64,000 bases of DNA from Macrostomum lignano (lineage: Eukaryota): the NCBI GenBank assembly GCA_002269645.1, contig NIVC01000282.1, positions 248,001-312,000 on the forward strand, read 5' to 3'. How positions within the stretch are numbered: position 1 is the stretch's first letter; every line of letters begins with the position of its first letter. The notes beneath the pieces are model-generated. The model did not search any database. It saw only the letters and a list, made by a program, of their open reading frames with translations, and was not told the origin of the DNA. The translations under genes and the position numbers were made by a program. This document shows, piece after piece, positions 1-14,700 of this stretch.

Positions 1-689
1 TGAACAAAAATATAGGCTGATAAACATTACTGACTGTGACTGACGAATAAGGAAAAATAATAGAAAATAGTAGAGAATGCCAACAACAGCGGATGAGGAT
101 TCGAAATCGGACCAGAATTAACGAGGCCTTGTTTAACTGGGCAGCATTGCATTGTTAACTGACTGACAAATAGTACACAATAATAAATTCGTAATTATTA
201 ACAATAGCGGCTAATCTGCATAGAAACGGGGCACAACAGACGCTAAAATAGGAGTTGTGTTGCAAAAGTTTCACCATTCAAACAGAGCAGCTGTGCAAAC
301 AGTTGCGGCTGAAATGGTCAATGCAATAAGAAAAGTCACTACAAAAATAGCTGTTTCAATTGAGTAAAATACAGACACAACACTGTGCAAAGCAGCTACA
401 CAAATCTCTTAGCACAATGTCAGGGAAAAGCCAACACAATTGAAATACGGATTGCTATGCCGGAGGTCAGTTCAGATAAAGTAGAAATTCAGCAGCTCAT
501 AAAAAGGGAATATTATAGACCGACACCAATGTTTTAGAACACATTTCGTTTAAGTCGACTGCGATTGGCTGAAGCCCTGGGCGCTCGCTCTGGGCCACTG
601 CCTGGGGCGGGCCGTCTGCATTGGTTGGGTGAGCAGATAAGTAGGTTGAGTTACTGTGTAACATCACGGCCACTTGTCAAGCACTTTCA

Positions 690-1205
690 GCAACCTCACC
701 AGAGGCACTCAGCAACCTTACCAGTGCCGCTCAGCAACCTCACCAGTGCCACTCAGCAACCTCACCAGTGCCACTCAGCAACCTCACCAGTGCCGCTCAG
801 CAACCTTACCAGAGCCACTCAGCAACCTCACCAGTGCCACTCAGCAACCTCACCAGTGCCACTCAGCAACCTCACCAGAGGCACTCAGCAACCTCACCAG
901 AGTCACTCAGCAACCTCACCAGTGCCACTCAGCAACCTCACCAGTGCCACTCAGCAACCTCACCAGTGTCACTCAGCAACCTCACCAGTGTCACACAGAA
1001 ACCTCATCAGTGCCACTCAGCAACCTCACCAGTGTCACACAGAAACCTCACCAGTGCCACTCAGCAACCTCAACAGTGTCACTCAGCAACCTCACCAGTG
1101 TCACTCAGCAACCTCACCAGTGTCACACAGAAACCTCATCAGTGCCACTCAGCAACCTCACCAGTGCCACTCAGCAACCTCACCAGAGGCACTCAGCAAC
1201 CTCAT
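690..1205. repeat. 22-bp minisatellite (ACTCAGCAACCTCACCAGTGCC) just 3' of the ZF stop codon
   Basis: Direct inspection; about 22 copies. Confidence 0.95.
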
Positions 1206-1245
1206 CATCCCGCAGCGAATAAAACTCGTACGTACGAAATGCCAG

Positions 1246-2820
1246 CTACTGATGAACAATGACGGTGCCCGCTGCAGCAGCGGCCGCGGCGGCGGCGGTG
1301 GCAGCGGCGTTGGAGTTCTTGACGGCTTTCGATTGGCGAGAGACGTTGGGCGGCCGGCTGCCAGCGGGGGTGTGGCAGTGCAACACGTGCCGCTTCAGGT
1401 GGTCCGACCTGGCGTAGGCCTTCTCGCAGTGGCTGCAGCGGTGATCTCGCACTCCGGTGTGAATTTTCAGGTGCGTGTTGAGACTGTAGGACCGGCTGAA
1501 CGACTTGTCGCAGTTCGGGCACCTGGGAAAGTTCAGGAGCCAAGTTGGAGACTGAATAATGTGGGAGAGAGGGCAACTGACCCCCTGTGACAAGCCAAGC
1601 ATTGAAGGGGGCAGATAGCCCATTAAAAGCCGAGCTAAACACACACTGGAGGGCAGGGGACCCCATCAAAAGAAAGCCAGGTTGAACACACACTGAAGGG
1701 AGGGCAGGGGACCCCATCAAAAGAAAGCCAGGTTGAACACACACTGAAGGGAGGGCAGGGGACCCCATCAAAAGAAAGCCAGGTTGAACACACACTGAAG
1801 GGAGGGCAGGGGACCCCATCAAAAGAAAGCCGAGCTGAACACACACTGAAGGGAGGGCAGGTGACCCCATCAAAAGAAAGCCAGGCTGAACACACACTGA
1901 AGGGAGGGCAGGTGACCCCATCAAAAGAAAGCCGAGCTGAACACACACTGAAGGGAGGGCAGGTGACCCCATCAAAAGAAAGCCGAGCTGAACACACACT
2001 GAAGGGAGGGCAGGTGACCCCATCAAAATAAAGCCAGGCTGAATACACACTGAAGGGAGGGCAGGTGACCCCATCAAAAGAAAACCAGGCTGAACACACA
2101 CTGAAGGGAGGGCAGATGACCCCTAGACTCGCTAGCCAGCTAGACAAGTGCAGTGGCTTCACACCTGTAATCACGCGCCCCAGTGTGAATCTTCAGATGA
2201 GTGCTCAGGCTGTAGGATCGGCTGAACGATTTGCCGCAGGTGGGGCACCTGAAAGCGAGTACGCAAGGTACCAAGGCTTTTGAAGTGTTGAAATTCCCTT
2301 TTGCTACCCAGCGTGAACCACTATAGGAAGGAGGAGAGCACCGAGTTGCAAAGCAATGGTCTTGTCTATTAATTTAAACGCGCCAATGCTCGATCTATCC
2401 AACAAAAATATGCCATAATACTTCCAGAAAAGTACAATGTCCCTGAATAGTGCACAAAGTCTCAGAAAAGTGTGTTTGCTCTCTTGTATTGTCCGTTATA
2501 AAAGTGCAACGGAACTTTAAATACATGTCTATATTAAGACAAGCTAGTATAACCAGAATTCTCGACAATACGTTAGCCACCGCCTAAAGTGCAAAGCATC
2601 TATCAGGCTGATAATTGTCAGCTACGCCAACCTGTACGGTTTGGTCTCGCTGTGCATAACAAGATGCCGTTTCAGCCGATAACTGGACCCAAAAGCTTTG
2701 CCGCATGAGTCGCAGTTGAACGTGGCGCCACCGCTGGCGCCGTCGACAGAGCTGGCTGCGGTAGCGGCTTGAGGCTGTTGCGGCTGCTGACGCTTCGGGG
2801 TTGTTAAGGTTGCTTGATGC

Positions 2821-2852
<32 letters not shown>

Positions 2853-3320
2853 TTGTTGTTGTTGAAGCTGCTGTTGCTGCTGTTGTACTAACAATTGCTG
2901 CTGCTGTTGCAGCTGCTGAGATTGCAGACTGTGCTGATGAAACAGGGCCTGCTGATGATGATGCTGGTGGGCCGCCTGCGGCTGCTGAAGCTGCTGCTGT
3001 AGCATCTGTGGAGAGAAGAGTTTTTTTATTAGGTAACTTTTAGCAAGCTTAAACAGATGCTTGCAAATGAAGGCTGCGTGCCCTAGACGAGTTCTGCCAT
3101 TTCCCTGACCTCTGGGCACGCACAGCCACGCGCTCATACAGGATGTACAAACCGCTGAGCTGCACAGGATCGGAACTCGGAGTTTTCTAGGATATCAAGC
3201 CTTGAACATGCATACACAGTTTTGTGCTATAAGAATTTTCACGCACACGGACAGGCAGATGACAGACACCAAGACAGACAGATAGATTAGATAGACAGAC
3301 AGAAAGACAGACAGATAGAT

Positions 3321-3380
<60 letters not shown>

Positions 3381-3437
3381 TAGGCAGACACAGACGGACA
3401 GACCGACAGACACAGACAGACAGACAGACAGACAGAT

Positions 3438-3502
<65 letters not shown>

Positions 3503-3567
3503 TAGGCAGACACAGACAGACGGACAGACCGACAGACACAGACAGACAGACAGACAGACAGACAGAT

Positions 3568-3650
<83 letters not shown>

Positions 3651-4006
3651 GCTAGACTGTCAGACAGACCTGGTGATGCTGTTGTTGCTGCTGCGGTAGT
3701 AGGTCCTGCAGCCGGACAGGCTCCAGTTTAGCCGGCACCAGCTGCTGAGCGGCGGCGGCAGCGGCAGCAGCGGCCGGGATGAGGAACAGCTGATGATGTG
3801 GATGCTGCGGGTGCTGGCTATAATAATAGTCCAGCACATGGCCCGCTGCGCTAGTTGAAGTCATGTGAATCGGCAAGCTGGCCGTGTGAGCAGCTGTTGG
3901 CATGGAAACGGTTACCCCGGAAACAGCCGAAGTGGCGGCAACGATGGCGGTAGACTCGGACTTAACAACGCCGGTTCGGTGATGGGCAGCTGACAGGTGC
4001 GACTGA

Positions 4007-4041
<35 letters not shown>

Positions 4042-4275
4042 CTGCTGCTGGTGAAGCTGCTGCTGGTGAACTGCTTGAACAACCTGCTGATGCTGCTGAG
4101 CCTGCTGTTGATGCTGCGGCGGAGGCTGCTGCGGCTGCTGCTGATGCGACATCTGCTGCAGAGGCTGGTGGGCAGGGGCAGCAGCATACTGGACTCCGGC
4201 GGACGATGGGAACACGGACAATCCGTCAGCCGTGAGGAATTGCATCGGCATGGCTAGCGGCTGCTGGAATGACAT
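1246..4275 (-). CDS. C2H2 zinc-finger transcription factor, polyQ/polyA-rich N-terminus, 4 fingers (~446 aa)
   Basis: Exons 4275-3670, 3005-2632, 2248-2165, 1522-1246 join in phase with GT-AG sites (1341 nt). Fingers: [90 protein letters not shown], with SETKPY/TGARDY/TGVRDH linkers. An acceptor at ~4288 allows a further upstream exon. Confidence 0.85.
1637..2122. repeat. 51-bp intronic minisatellite
   Basis: GTTGAACACACACTGAAGGGAGGGCAGGGGACCCCATCAAAAGAAAGCCAG, about 9 copies. Confidence 0.95.
3250..3669. repeat. (GACA)n microsatellite filling ZF intron 1
   Basis: Direct inspection; the donor GT is the first unit of (GTCT)n. Confidence 0.95.
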
Positions 4276-4429
4276 ACTGACTGCAACCTGTGCTGAGAAA
4301 TCCCGTTAGCTGCGTCTCTTACTGGCCTTCTGGTTCAATAGGATAGAACTGCGGCTGGAACTGCAATTATAGGTAAAGGGATTAGGATTAAGGACTGTGC
4401 GGTGGGCACAAATATAGGCACAGACAAAC

Positions 4430-4695
4430 AAGCAGATGACCATAGACATACGCAGACAGTGGCCATAGACATACAGTCAGATGGCCATAAATATACAGTC
4501 AAACGGCCGTAGACATACACTCAGACGACACTAGATATACATGGTTAGATGACCATAGACATACACATTCAGACGGCCATAGATATACATGGTTAGATGA
4601 CCATAGACATACACAGTCAGGTGGCCATAGATATACAGTCAGGTGGCCATAGACATGCAGTCAGATGGCCATAGACATTCAGTCAGATGGTCATT
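4430..4695. repeat. Degenerate ~24-35-bp repeat (GGCCATAGACATACAGTCAGAT core)
   Basis: Direct inspection. Confidence 0.75.
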
Positions 4696-5349
4696 GAAGA
4701 CAAAGTTGAGCTCTAACTAAAATTTTTATTCTAACCATGAAACATAAATATCGATAGACATCAATGAAATTAATGGAAAGCAAAAACAGTTACAATACAG
4801 ACCAAAAGAGAGCATAATATTAGTGAGTTTCAGGCCTGTATACCGGACAGCTGTGCATATTTATATTTATTTTGCTGATTAAATTTATTACCAATAATAA
4901 AATTTTCTAACAGTGGCCTAATGTACTTTTGTATAAGACAATTCAGACAAACAAATGTACAAGGTGAAATGGATATAAAGCGAACGCACTTTCCTATGGT
5001 CAGCTAAAAAGCAACAGACAATACGGTGTTTAAGCTGAAAAAAAACTGGAAAAAGAAAGAAATTATAGGCAAAATGGAAATGATTGAAATTGGAACCGAA
5101 TAACCAGAAAAAAACACATATTCGCCTGTAAATATATAGATGCGGACAGCTATAGTGCTATAGTGCCATGGATAAATAAAGACCGTCTGCATACGAATCA
5201 ATAATTAGCCTAACCAAGTACGACAAAGCATGTTTAATCGAATAGGATTTTTTTAAATGGTAACCAAAAGTTACTACAGGGCAATTTGATACGCAAGAAG
5301 TTGATGCCTATAATGCTTTATTAGTTGGAAATTAAAAGTTGCAAAACGG

Positions 5350-6140
5350 GATAGAGATAAGAGGTACAAGGGGAGATACGGATATAGAGACAGGAGATAA
5401 AGAGGGAGATACGGATATAGAGATAAGAGATAGAGAGGGAGATACGGATTTAGAGATAAGAGATAGAGAGGGAGATAGATACGGATATAGAGATAAGAGA
5501 TAGAGGGGGAGATAAGGATATAGAGATAAGAGATAGAGAGGGAGATAGATACGGATATAGAGATAAGAGATAGAGGGGGAGATACGGATATAGAGACAGG
5601 AGATAAAGAGGGAGATAAGGATATAGAGATAAGAGATAGAGAGGGAGATAGATACGGATATAGAGATAAGAGATAGAGGGGGAGATAGATACGGATATAG
5701 AGATAAGAGATAGAGGGGGAGATAAGGATATAGAGATAAGAGATAGAGAGGGAGATAGATACGGATATAGAGATAAGAGATAGAGGGGGAGATAGATACG
5801 GATATAGAGATAAGAGATAGAGGGGGAGATACGGATATAGAGACAGGAGATAAAGAGGGAGATATGGATATAGAGATAAGAGATAGAGAGGGAGATAGAT
5901 ACGGATATAGAGATAAAAGATAGAGGGGGAGATAGATACGGATATAGAGATAAGAGATAGAGGGGGAGATACGGATATAGAGACAGGAGATAAAGAGGGA
6001 GATATGGATATAGAGATAAGAGATAGAGAGGGAGATAGATACGGATATAGAGATAAAAGATAGAGGGGGAGATAGATACGGATATAGAGATGAGACAGAG
6101 TGGGAGATACGGATATAGAGATAAGAGATAAGATAAGAGA
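5350..6140. repeat. GA-rich ~32-36-bp minisatellite (GAGATACGGATATAGAGATAAGAGATAGAG core)
   Basis: Direct inspection. Confidence 0.9.
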
Positions 6141-6832
6141 GAACAACTATTCAATTACGTAGTTTTGATTGGCTGATTGCCGAATTTTTGTCTATGGCCA
6201 AGACAGACAAATTTGAAAGGTTGTATTCATCAGTATGCTAAAGAGCAGATTCTAAACCATCTGAGATGTTGAATCTTCGATTCAGCCAGAAAGAAACTTT
6301 AGAGAAAACAATAGCAACAGCCGCTGTGTAACATTATTTTAAACAAGTTCATTATTTGTAATTATTTTACTAAAACTATAAATGCGAAGCATTTAACATA
6401 TCCAGCTATGACAGGAACCAGATTAAACTAACAAAATCAATGACAACAAACAACAAAGTTCCATTATTTAATTAAGTATCAACCAATCAATCACCAATAT
6501 ATGAGAACTAAATAATTAAATGAAAAGTTAAACTTAAAATCCGACAGACAATCACACACATATTATGCAAAAACAGAACTAATAAAGCATTGGATAACAT
6601 CCATGACAAGTTTATACGTTTCATCAGTATGGAATGACAATTGACAAGCTGGATAAAACTATCAATAACTATATCTCAATAAATCAATCAGGACTTCCGG
6701 GAGACAACAGAAAATCAAAAATGATAATTGGTTCATCGCAAAACGATCAAATTTCTTTAACTGGCGGCACTAATGTATTGATTTCAGAGGGATCATAAAT
6801 TATGCAAATTCAAGTTGCACACACAGGCCCGG

Positions 6833-8554
6833 CTACTGCCAATAAACCGACGGAAAGTTGCTGACGTCGATCACGTCCGACAATTGGCCGCCGTTTGAAC
6901 TGCAGCTGACTCGAATGCGGAGCTTCAGCTGAGCCTGTCAATGTTCACATGGGTGCCATGCAGCCTCATCTAGATGCTGGGCACTACAACCCTGACGCTA
7001 AACCCTTCAGCCCTGTCGCTAAACCCTTCAACCCTGTCGCAAAACCCTTCAACCCTGTCCCAAAACCCTTCAACCCTGTCCCAAAACCCTTCAACCCTGT
7101 CGCAAAACCCTTCAACCCTGTCCCAAAACCCTTCAACCCTGTCCCAAAACCCTTCAACCCTGTCGCTAAACCCTTCAACCCTGTCGCAAAACCTTTCAAC
7201 CCTGTCGCAAAACCCTTCAACCCTGTCGCAAAACCCTTCAACCCTGTCGCAAAACCCTTCAACCCTGTCGCAAAACCCTTCAACCCTGTCCCAAAACCCT
7301 TCAACCCTGTCCCAAAACCCTTCAACCCTGTCGCTAAACCCTTCAACCCTTACCCCCAACCCCTTCAACCCCTTCAACCCTTACCCCCAACCCCTTCAAC
7401 CCTGACCCCCAACCCCTTCAACCCTGACCCCAACCCCTTCAACCCTTACCCCAACCCCTTCAACCCTGACCCCCAACCCCTTCAACCCTTACCCCCAACC
7501 CCTTCAACCCTTACCCCCAACCCCTTCAACCCTTACCCCCAACCCCTTCAACCCTGACCAGGCCCTTCAAGCCACAGAGAGCACTAACCCCATTCGGATT
7601 GGTCACAACAGCTTTCTGAGTGACGGAGCCGCCGGCAGGTGGCAGGCAGTCGCCGCTGGCCGGCATCATTGACAGTTGCAGCGATTTCGGCACAGCAGCC
7701 TGCAGTAGAAAGTTGGTCATATTGGTGTCGCCCAGATTGACAGCTCGGATGATCAGATCAACGTTGTTACTCTGCTGCCGGCTGCCGACCAGACTCAGCT
7801 GCAGGCCGGCAATGCCAGCCGAAGCGATCGGGGGCAGAGCAGGCAGGGCAGAGGCGTCGGACACAGGCGCAGGCTCGGACACGCCCAAATCGCCGAACAC
7901 GTCAATCAGAGGGCCGGCAACGCTGTTGCTATTATTAGTAGAAAGCATGCTACTACTGTTAGTAGCGGCATTGGGCAGGCCAGTAGTAGCATTTGGAACG
8001 CCGCCTGTGCTGGAATCGTCGAAATTGATCAACGATTCGAAAGTGGCGGCGACTGCTGCTGCTGCCGCGGCCGCCGCCTCCTCGTCGCCGACTTCGGCGG
8101 AATCGCCGCTGGCCACCGCTGCTGCACCCGAGCCAGCCGGCAGGTTCCGGCCGCTTTCGGCCCGGCTTTCCATCACTGGCATGGGCTCCAGCAGGGCCGC
8201 CCGGATGTTCTCGTGATGACGGAAGATGGCGCTGAATTCCACGGAGCGCTGCTGCAGCTCCAACTGCGAGCTGGTGCAGTGATAGGCGGCCAGGTGCCGG
8301 ATGCTGTCTAACAGCTGCTGTTCTTGATGGGGCAGCCGGGTTGACAGCTTCATCACGGCGGTGACAGCCACATGCTTGGTTGATTGGCGCGACTGCGAGC
8401 TGAGCAGCGCCTGTTCAAGTAGGCCCAGCACCTCCTCCGGTGACTTCGCCTGGGGGTTGGGTGAGCGGCGGATGGTGGGGAGTCTGAGCTGCTGCGTTGC
8501 TGGGATTGTCTCATATTTTCCGTTTGCCTGTCTGCCTGCTGTCTCTCTACTGCA

Positions 8555-8591
<37 letters not shown>

Positions 8592-8594
8592 TAG

Positions 8595-8659
<65 letters not shown>

Positions 8660-8688
8660 TAGTATCTGTCTGTCTGTCTGTCTTAGTA

Positions 8689-8735
<47 letters not shown>

Positions 8736-11700
8736 TAGTATCTGTCTGTCTGTCTGCGTCTGTCTGTCTGTCTCTCTGTCCGCCTAGAACAGCCAACCCA
8801 GTCCCTCACCGAATAAGTCTCCAGTCCATCGGCGCAGCAGTCGCTGAACAGCCCGCCGCCGTACTCGCCGATGCACCAGCAGGCCAGCAGCACCATTGGC
8901 TGCTGGCTGAAGTCCTGGCTAGCGTAGTAAAACAGCTGGTGAACAGCGTAGGCCTGGTAGGCCGACTGCTCGCTGATCAGCTGGACGGCCGCCACCACCA
9001 CGTCGTCTCTGGCGTGGGCGATCGAGAGGGAATCGAATGAGGGACAGAAGACATGAGAAATACCCAGAGGGAGAATTCAGACACTGGGAGAGTTTAATGA
9101 GATAAAGATAGTGGTTGTCGAGAGCCCTAGAACAAGAGAAGTGACAGAGATATTGATTAGTGATATTGATTGGAGAGATTAGAGTGACGAAGATTGGAGT
9201 GACGGGACATTGGAGTGACGGGAGATTGGAGTGACGGGAGATTGGAGTGATCGGAGATTGGAGTGACGGGAGATTGGAGTGACGGGAGATTAGAGTGACG
9301 GGAGATTGGAGTGATGGGAGATTGGAGTGACGGGAGATTGGAGTGACGGGAGATTGGAGTGACGGGAGATTGGAGTGACGGGAGATTGGAGTGACGGGAG
9401 ATTGGAGTGACGGGAGATTGGAGTGATGGGAGATTGGAGTGACGGGAGATTGGAGTGACGGGAGATTGGAGTGACGGGAGATTGGAGTGACGGGAGATTG
9501 GAGTGACGGGAGATTGGAGTGACGGGAGATTGGAGTGACGGGAGATTGGAGTGACGGGAGATTGGAGTTACGGGAGATTGGAGTGACGGGAGATTGGAGT
9601 GATATTGAGATTTGATTTACGGAGATTGGAGTGACAGGCGATTAGAGTGACGGGAGATTAGAGTGACAGGGAGATTGGAGTGACAGAATAACAGATTAGA
9701 GAAAGTTTTGGGTTTTCACGATCTGCAGAACTGACAACAAGCAAGCCCATCACGATTTTTTCTACCTGGCGTGGTTCCCAGCCGCTGCCAGCAGTTTCAG
9801 CAGAGTATCAACGTGCCAACGCTTGTTAGGCGCGTACCGCTCGGCCGCAATGGCCAAATTGGAGCAGCAGTCGGCCTTGAACTCGGATCCGCAGTCGGTT
9901 AGAAAGCTAAGCATCTCTTTAGCCATGCCACGAATATTCTGCCCATTGATTAGAGAGAAGCACAGTTCCATTGCTCGGCGCTTAATACTGGCGTCCGTGT
10001 CGCGTAGGCAATCCACTATTGTAGTTCGATGCCGCTGCACTGCATTGTAATCGGCTTGCACAACTCGCTGCAGAGTGCTGAGTGCCACGTACCGAATATT
10101 CTTGTCAGTGTTGAGCAGGAACCGGCCCAGGATGTTCACTGCCAGAACCTGGATTGGGTGTGCAGCAAACAGGTGCGCTATGTAAGCTGCTAGATTGGGG
10201 TTGGAATGGTTGGATTGAGTTTGGAATGGCTTGATTGGGTTTGGAATAAATGGATTAGGTTTGGAATGGCTGGATTGGGTTTGGAATGGCTGGACTGGGT
10301 TTGGAAAAAATGGATTGGGTTCGGAATGGCTGGATTGGGTTTGGAATAAATGGATTGGGTTTGGAATGGCTGGATTGGGTTTGGAATAAATGGATTAGGT
10401 TTGGAATGGCTGGATTGGGTTTGGAATGGCTGGACTGGGTTTGGAATAAGTGGATTAGGTTTGGAATGGCTGGATTGGGTTTGGAATGGCTGGACTGGGT
10501 TTGGAAAAAAATGGATTGGGTTTGGAATGGCTGGATTGGGTTTGGAATAAATGGATTGGGTTTGGAATGGCTGGATTGGGTTTGGAATAAGTGGATTAGG
10601 TTTGGAATGGCTGGATTGGGTTTGGAATGGCTGGACTGGGTTTGGAAAAAATGGATTGGGTTTGGAATGGCTGGATTGGGTTTGGAATAAATGGATTAGG
10701 TTTGGAATGAATGGATTGGGTTTGGAATGGCTGGATTGGGTTTGGAATAAATGGATTAGGTTTGGAATGGCTGGATTGGGTTTGGAATAAATGGATTAGG
10801 TTTGGAATGAATGGATTGGGTTTGGAATGGCTGGATTGGGTTTGGAATGGTTGGACTGTACTGATTTGCATATTTAAAATTGCAATAAAGTTTAAATAAA
10901 AGTGAATGTACTACTTTAACAGTCCTTGTGTTTGAGTAGTACCTGGCAAAAGCATATATAAGCTCACCCGCAGTCCGGACTCAGACTCGATACCCATAAT
11001 GGTGAGCACAATTTCGTACAGGATAGAGTGACCGACATTCTTTGACGTTTCTGTGTTAGTGGCGACCTGTTGGGAAAATGTCAGGCATTATATAGCTAAT
11101 TACGGTAGTTATTGAGTCATGACCCACTCAATCAGCAATTTGAGGGTCATGGCCCACTCAATCAGCAATTTCAGAGTCATGCCCCACTAAATCAGCAAGT
11201 TGAGGGTCATGACCCACTCAATCAGCAAGTTGAGGGTCATGACCCACTCAATCAGCAATTTCAAAGTCATGCCCCACTCAATCAGCAATTTGAGGGTCAT
11301 GACCCACTCAATCAGCAATTTGAGGGTCATGACCCACTCAATCAGCAATTTCAGAGTCATGCCCCACTCAATCAGCAAGTTGAGGGTCATGACCCACTCA
11401 ATCAGCAATTTGAGGGTCATGACCCACTCAATCAGCAAGTTGAGGGTCATGACCCACCCAGTCACCAAATTTAGGGGAGTCGTGACTATGACTATTACAC
11501 ACTCAAACAAGAGTCATAATCTATTCATATAACAGATGAAATCATCATCTCACCTGAGCAAGGATGTCATTCATCTGCTCACTGGCCGCAGAGTCCTGGT
11601 GGCCCAGAATGCGCAACAATTGCAGAATTTTCACTTGCAAAAACGGGTCGCTAACGCCGTTGACGTCGTGATCCTGAGAGAAGCCGGACATGATCAGATT

Positions 11701-14700
11701 CTTCAGGATCCGGACCAGGTTGGGCACCAGCTGTGGAACATTGAGGAATTGAAATATTGACTATGGAAATTCCTTGGTAATTATTTGTTTAAGCTTAAAC
11801 TGAAATCAAATCATTCTGGCACATCATAATTAGTGAAATATTTTTTGAAGTGAAACTCTGTACGTGAGAATTAAAAAGGTTTTTGAAGTGGATTGGGTTT
11901 ATATTAGTTGGACTGGTTCTACAATGGCTAGATTGTGTTCGGGTGGGTTGGATTGGATTTTGGTGGGTTGGATTGGGTTTTGGTGGGTTGGATTGGGTTT
12001 TGGTGGGTTGGATTGGGTTTTGGTGGGTTGGATTGGGTTTTGGTGGGTTGGATTGGGTTTTGGTGGGTTGGATTGGGTTTTGGTGGGTTGGATTGGGTTT
12101 TGGTGGGTTGGATTGCGTTGGGAATGGTTAGATTGTGTGACAAATGTTTTAAATTGTTTTATCTTGAGTTATTTATGAACAGGAGAAGTAAAATCTAAAG
12201 ATCGGAGACGTTATTTGCTATCTGCCTGATTTGAGGTGCAACATGACAAAACGCTTCACCTAACAACTGCCAAGTAATACTCATTCAAATACCAATACAA
12301 CCTCAAAAACAAGGTCGACACTTTTGCATACGAAAACCCAGACACCATCGAAACTAATTAAAAACAATAATTGAATAATTTACCTCAGCAGATCCGTCCT
12401 AATTAATTTATAATTAATAATTTGCAGTAGCAGGTGAAAAAGGATTTCGCTCACTTAATGATTAATTCGAGTGAGTTTACTTCCCTCATTAGAACCACTG
12501 ATCGATGTATGCATAGATGCAGTAAGGTTTTAAATACATTTATCTGGTTAGGGCTTTCATATACAATTAGAGAGTAAAAACTATTATATCTGACGAGCAT
12601 TGCTCACCCTTCGGAAGTGGTTGAGTGTCTCCGGGCTAAGCTGGCACATCTGCGAGATCAGGCAGACGGCGGTCAATAGAACACCTGCAAGGAAGAAAAC
12701 AGAAAGTACTTTAGTTCTTTGCAATCTGATTTCAGGACCCTGGATCTCATCTGGCAACCTGATTTCAGGACCCTGGATCTCATCTGGCACTCGGATTTCA
12801 GGACCCTGGATGGATCTCATCTGGCAACCTGATTTCAGGACCCTGGATCTCATCTGGCAACCTGATTTCAGGACCCTGGATCTCATCTGGCACTCGGATT
12901 TCAGGACCCTGGATGGATCTCATCTGGCAACCTGATTTCAGGACCCTGGATCTCATCTGGCAACCTGATTTCAGGACCCTGGATCTCATCTGGCACTCGG
13001 ATTTCAGGACCCTGGATGGATCTCATCTGGCAACCTGATTTCAGGACCCTGGATGGATCTCATCTGGCAACCTGATTTCAGGACCCTGGATGGATCTCAT
13101 CTGGCAACCTGATTTCAGGACCCTGGATCTCATCTGGCACTCAGAATTCAGGACCCTGAATCTCATCTGGCACTCGGATTTCCAAGCACTGGATGGATCT
13201 CCTCTGGCACTCGGATTTCCAAGCACTGGATGGATCTCCTCTGGCACTCGGATTTCAGGACCCTGAATCTCATCTGGCACTCGGATTTCAGGACCCTGGA
13301 TCTCATCTGGCACTCGGATTTCAGGACCCTGGATCTCATCTGGCACTCGGATTTCAGGACCCTGGATCTCATCTGGCACTCGGATTTCAGGACCCTGGAT
13401 CTAATGATATTTTATAACAAAAAGGTTGACAACAAAACGCGCAAAAGTACCGTGATTTTTTTCGTTGAGCAAAGACCTGGCACACGGGATGTACATCTCC
13501 ATGATGTCCGGGATCTTCTGTATGATGCGCAGAGCGCATAACGCAGCCTTTTTGCGCAAATAAGCGTTGTTCGACTTGATTAGTGCCTGCACTTCGCCGG
13601 CTAAATCTCGACTCATCTCGGGACTGCAGATGCTGCCTAGCGTGGACAGGGCCAGACTAGCGATGTACTGGGTGCTGTGGTTCATGTCGTTCTTAACCGA
13701 ATTTGTCACCAATAGGTGAACCTCGGCCCTCTCGTCTAACAATAGCATAGCGCCCAGGTAGCCAATGCGTTTGTCCGAAAATTTTGGCGACGCTACCAGT
13801 TTGAGGCATTCCATTTGGCCAAAGTGGGCCGGATAGCCCAGCATGTGGATGTACAGCAGCTTGGCCACATTGCGGCACCTGGATGGAGGATGGTGCCGCT
13901 TCTTGTGATCGGAGTTTAGATGGATGCTGACATGGGTGTCTTACAGAGAGAGATGGGGTGTCTTACAGGCAGAGATGGGGTGTCTTACAGAGATGGGGTG
14001 TCTTACAGGCAGAGATGGGGTGTCTTACAGGGAGAGATGGGTGTCTTACAGGCAGAGATGGGGTGTCTTACAGGGAGAGATGGGTGTCTTACAGGCAGAG
14101 ATGGGGTGTCTTACAGGCAGAGATGGGGTGTCTTACAGGGAGAGATGGGTGTCTTACAGGCAGAGATGGATGTCTTACAGGCAGATATGGATGTCTTACA
14201 GGCAGATATGGATGTCTTACAGGCAGAGATGGGTGTCTTACAGGCAGCGATGGGGTGTCTTACAGAGATGGGGTGTCTTACAGGCAGAGATGGGGTGTCT
14301 TACAGGGAGAGATGGGTGTCTTACAGGCAGAGATGGGGTGTCTTACAGGGAGAGATGGGTGTCTTACAGGCAGAGATGGGGTGTCTTACAGGCAGAGATG
14401 GGGTGTCTTACAGGGAGAGATGGGTGTCTTACAGGCAGAGATGGATGTCTTACAGGCAGATATGGATGTCTTACAGGCAGATATGGATGTCTTACAGGCA
14501 GAGATGGGTGTCTTACAGGCAGCGATGGATGTCTTACAGGCAGATATGGATGTCTTACAGGCAGATATGGATGTCTTACAGGCAGATATGGATGTCTTAC
14601 AGGCAGAGATGGGTGTCTTACAGGCAGCGATGGATGTCTTACAGGGAGAGATGTGTCTTACAGGCAGCGATGGATGTCTTACAGGGAGAGATGTGTTTTA

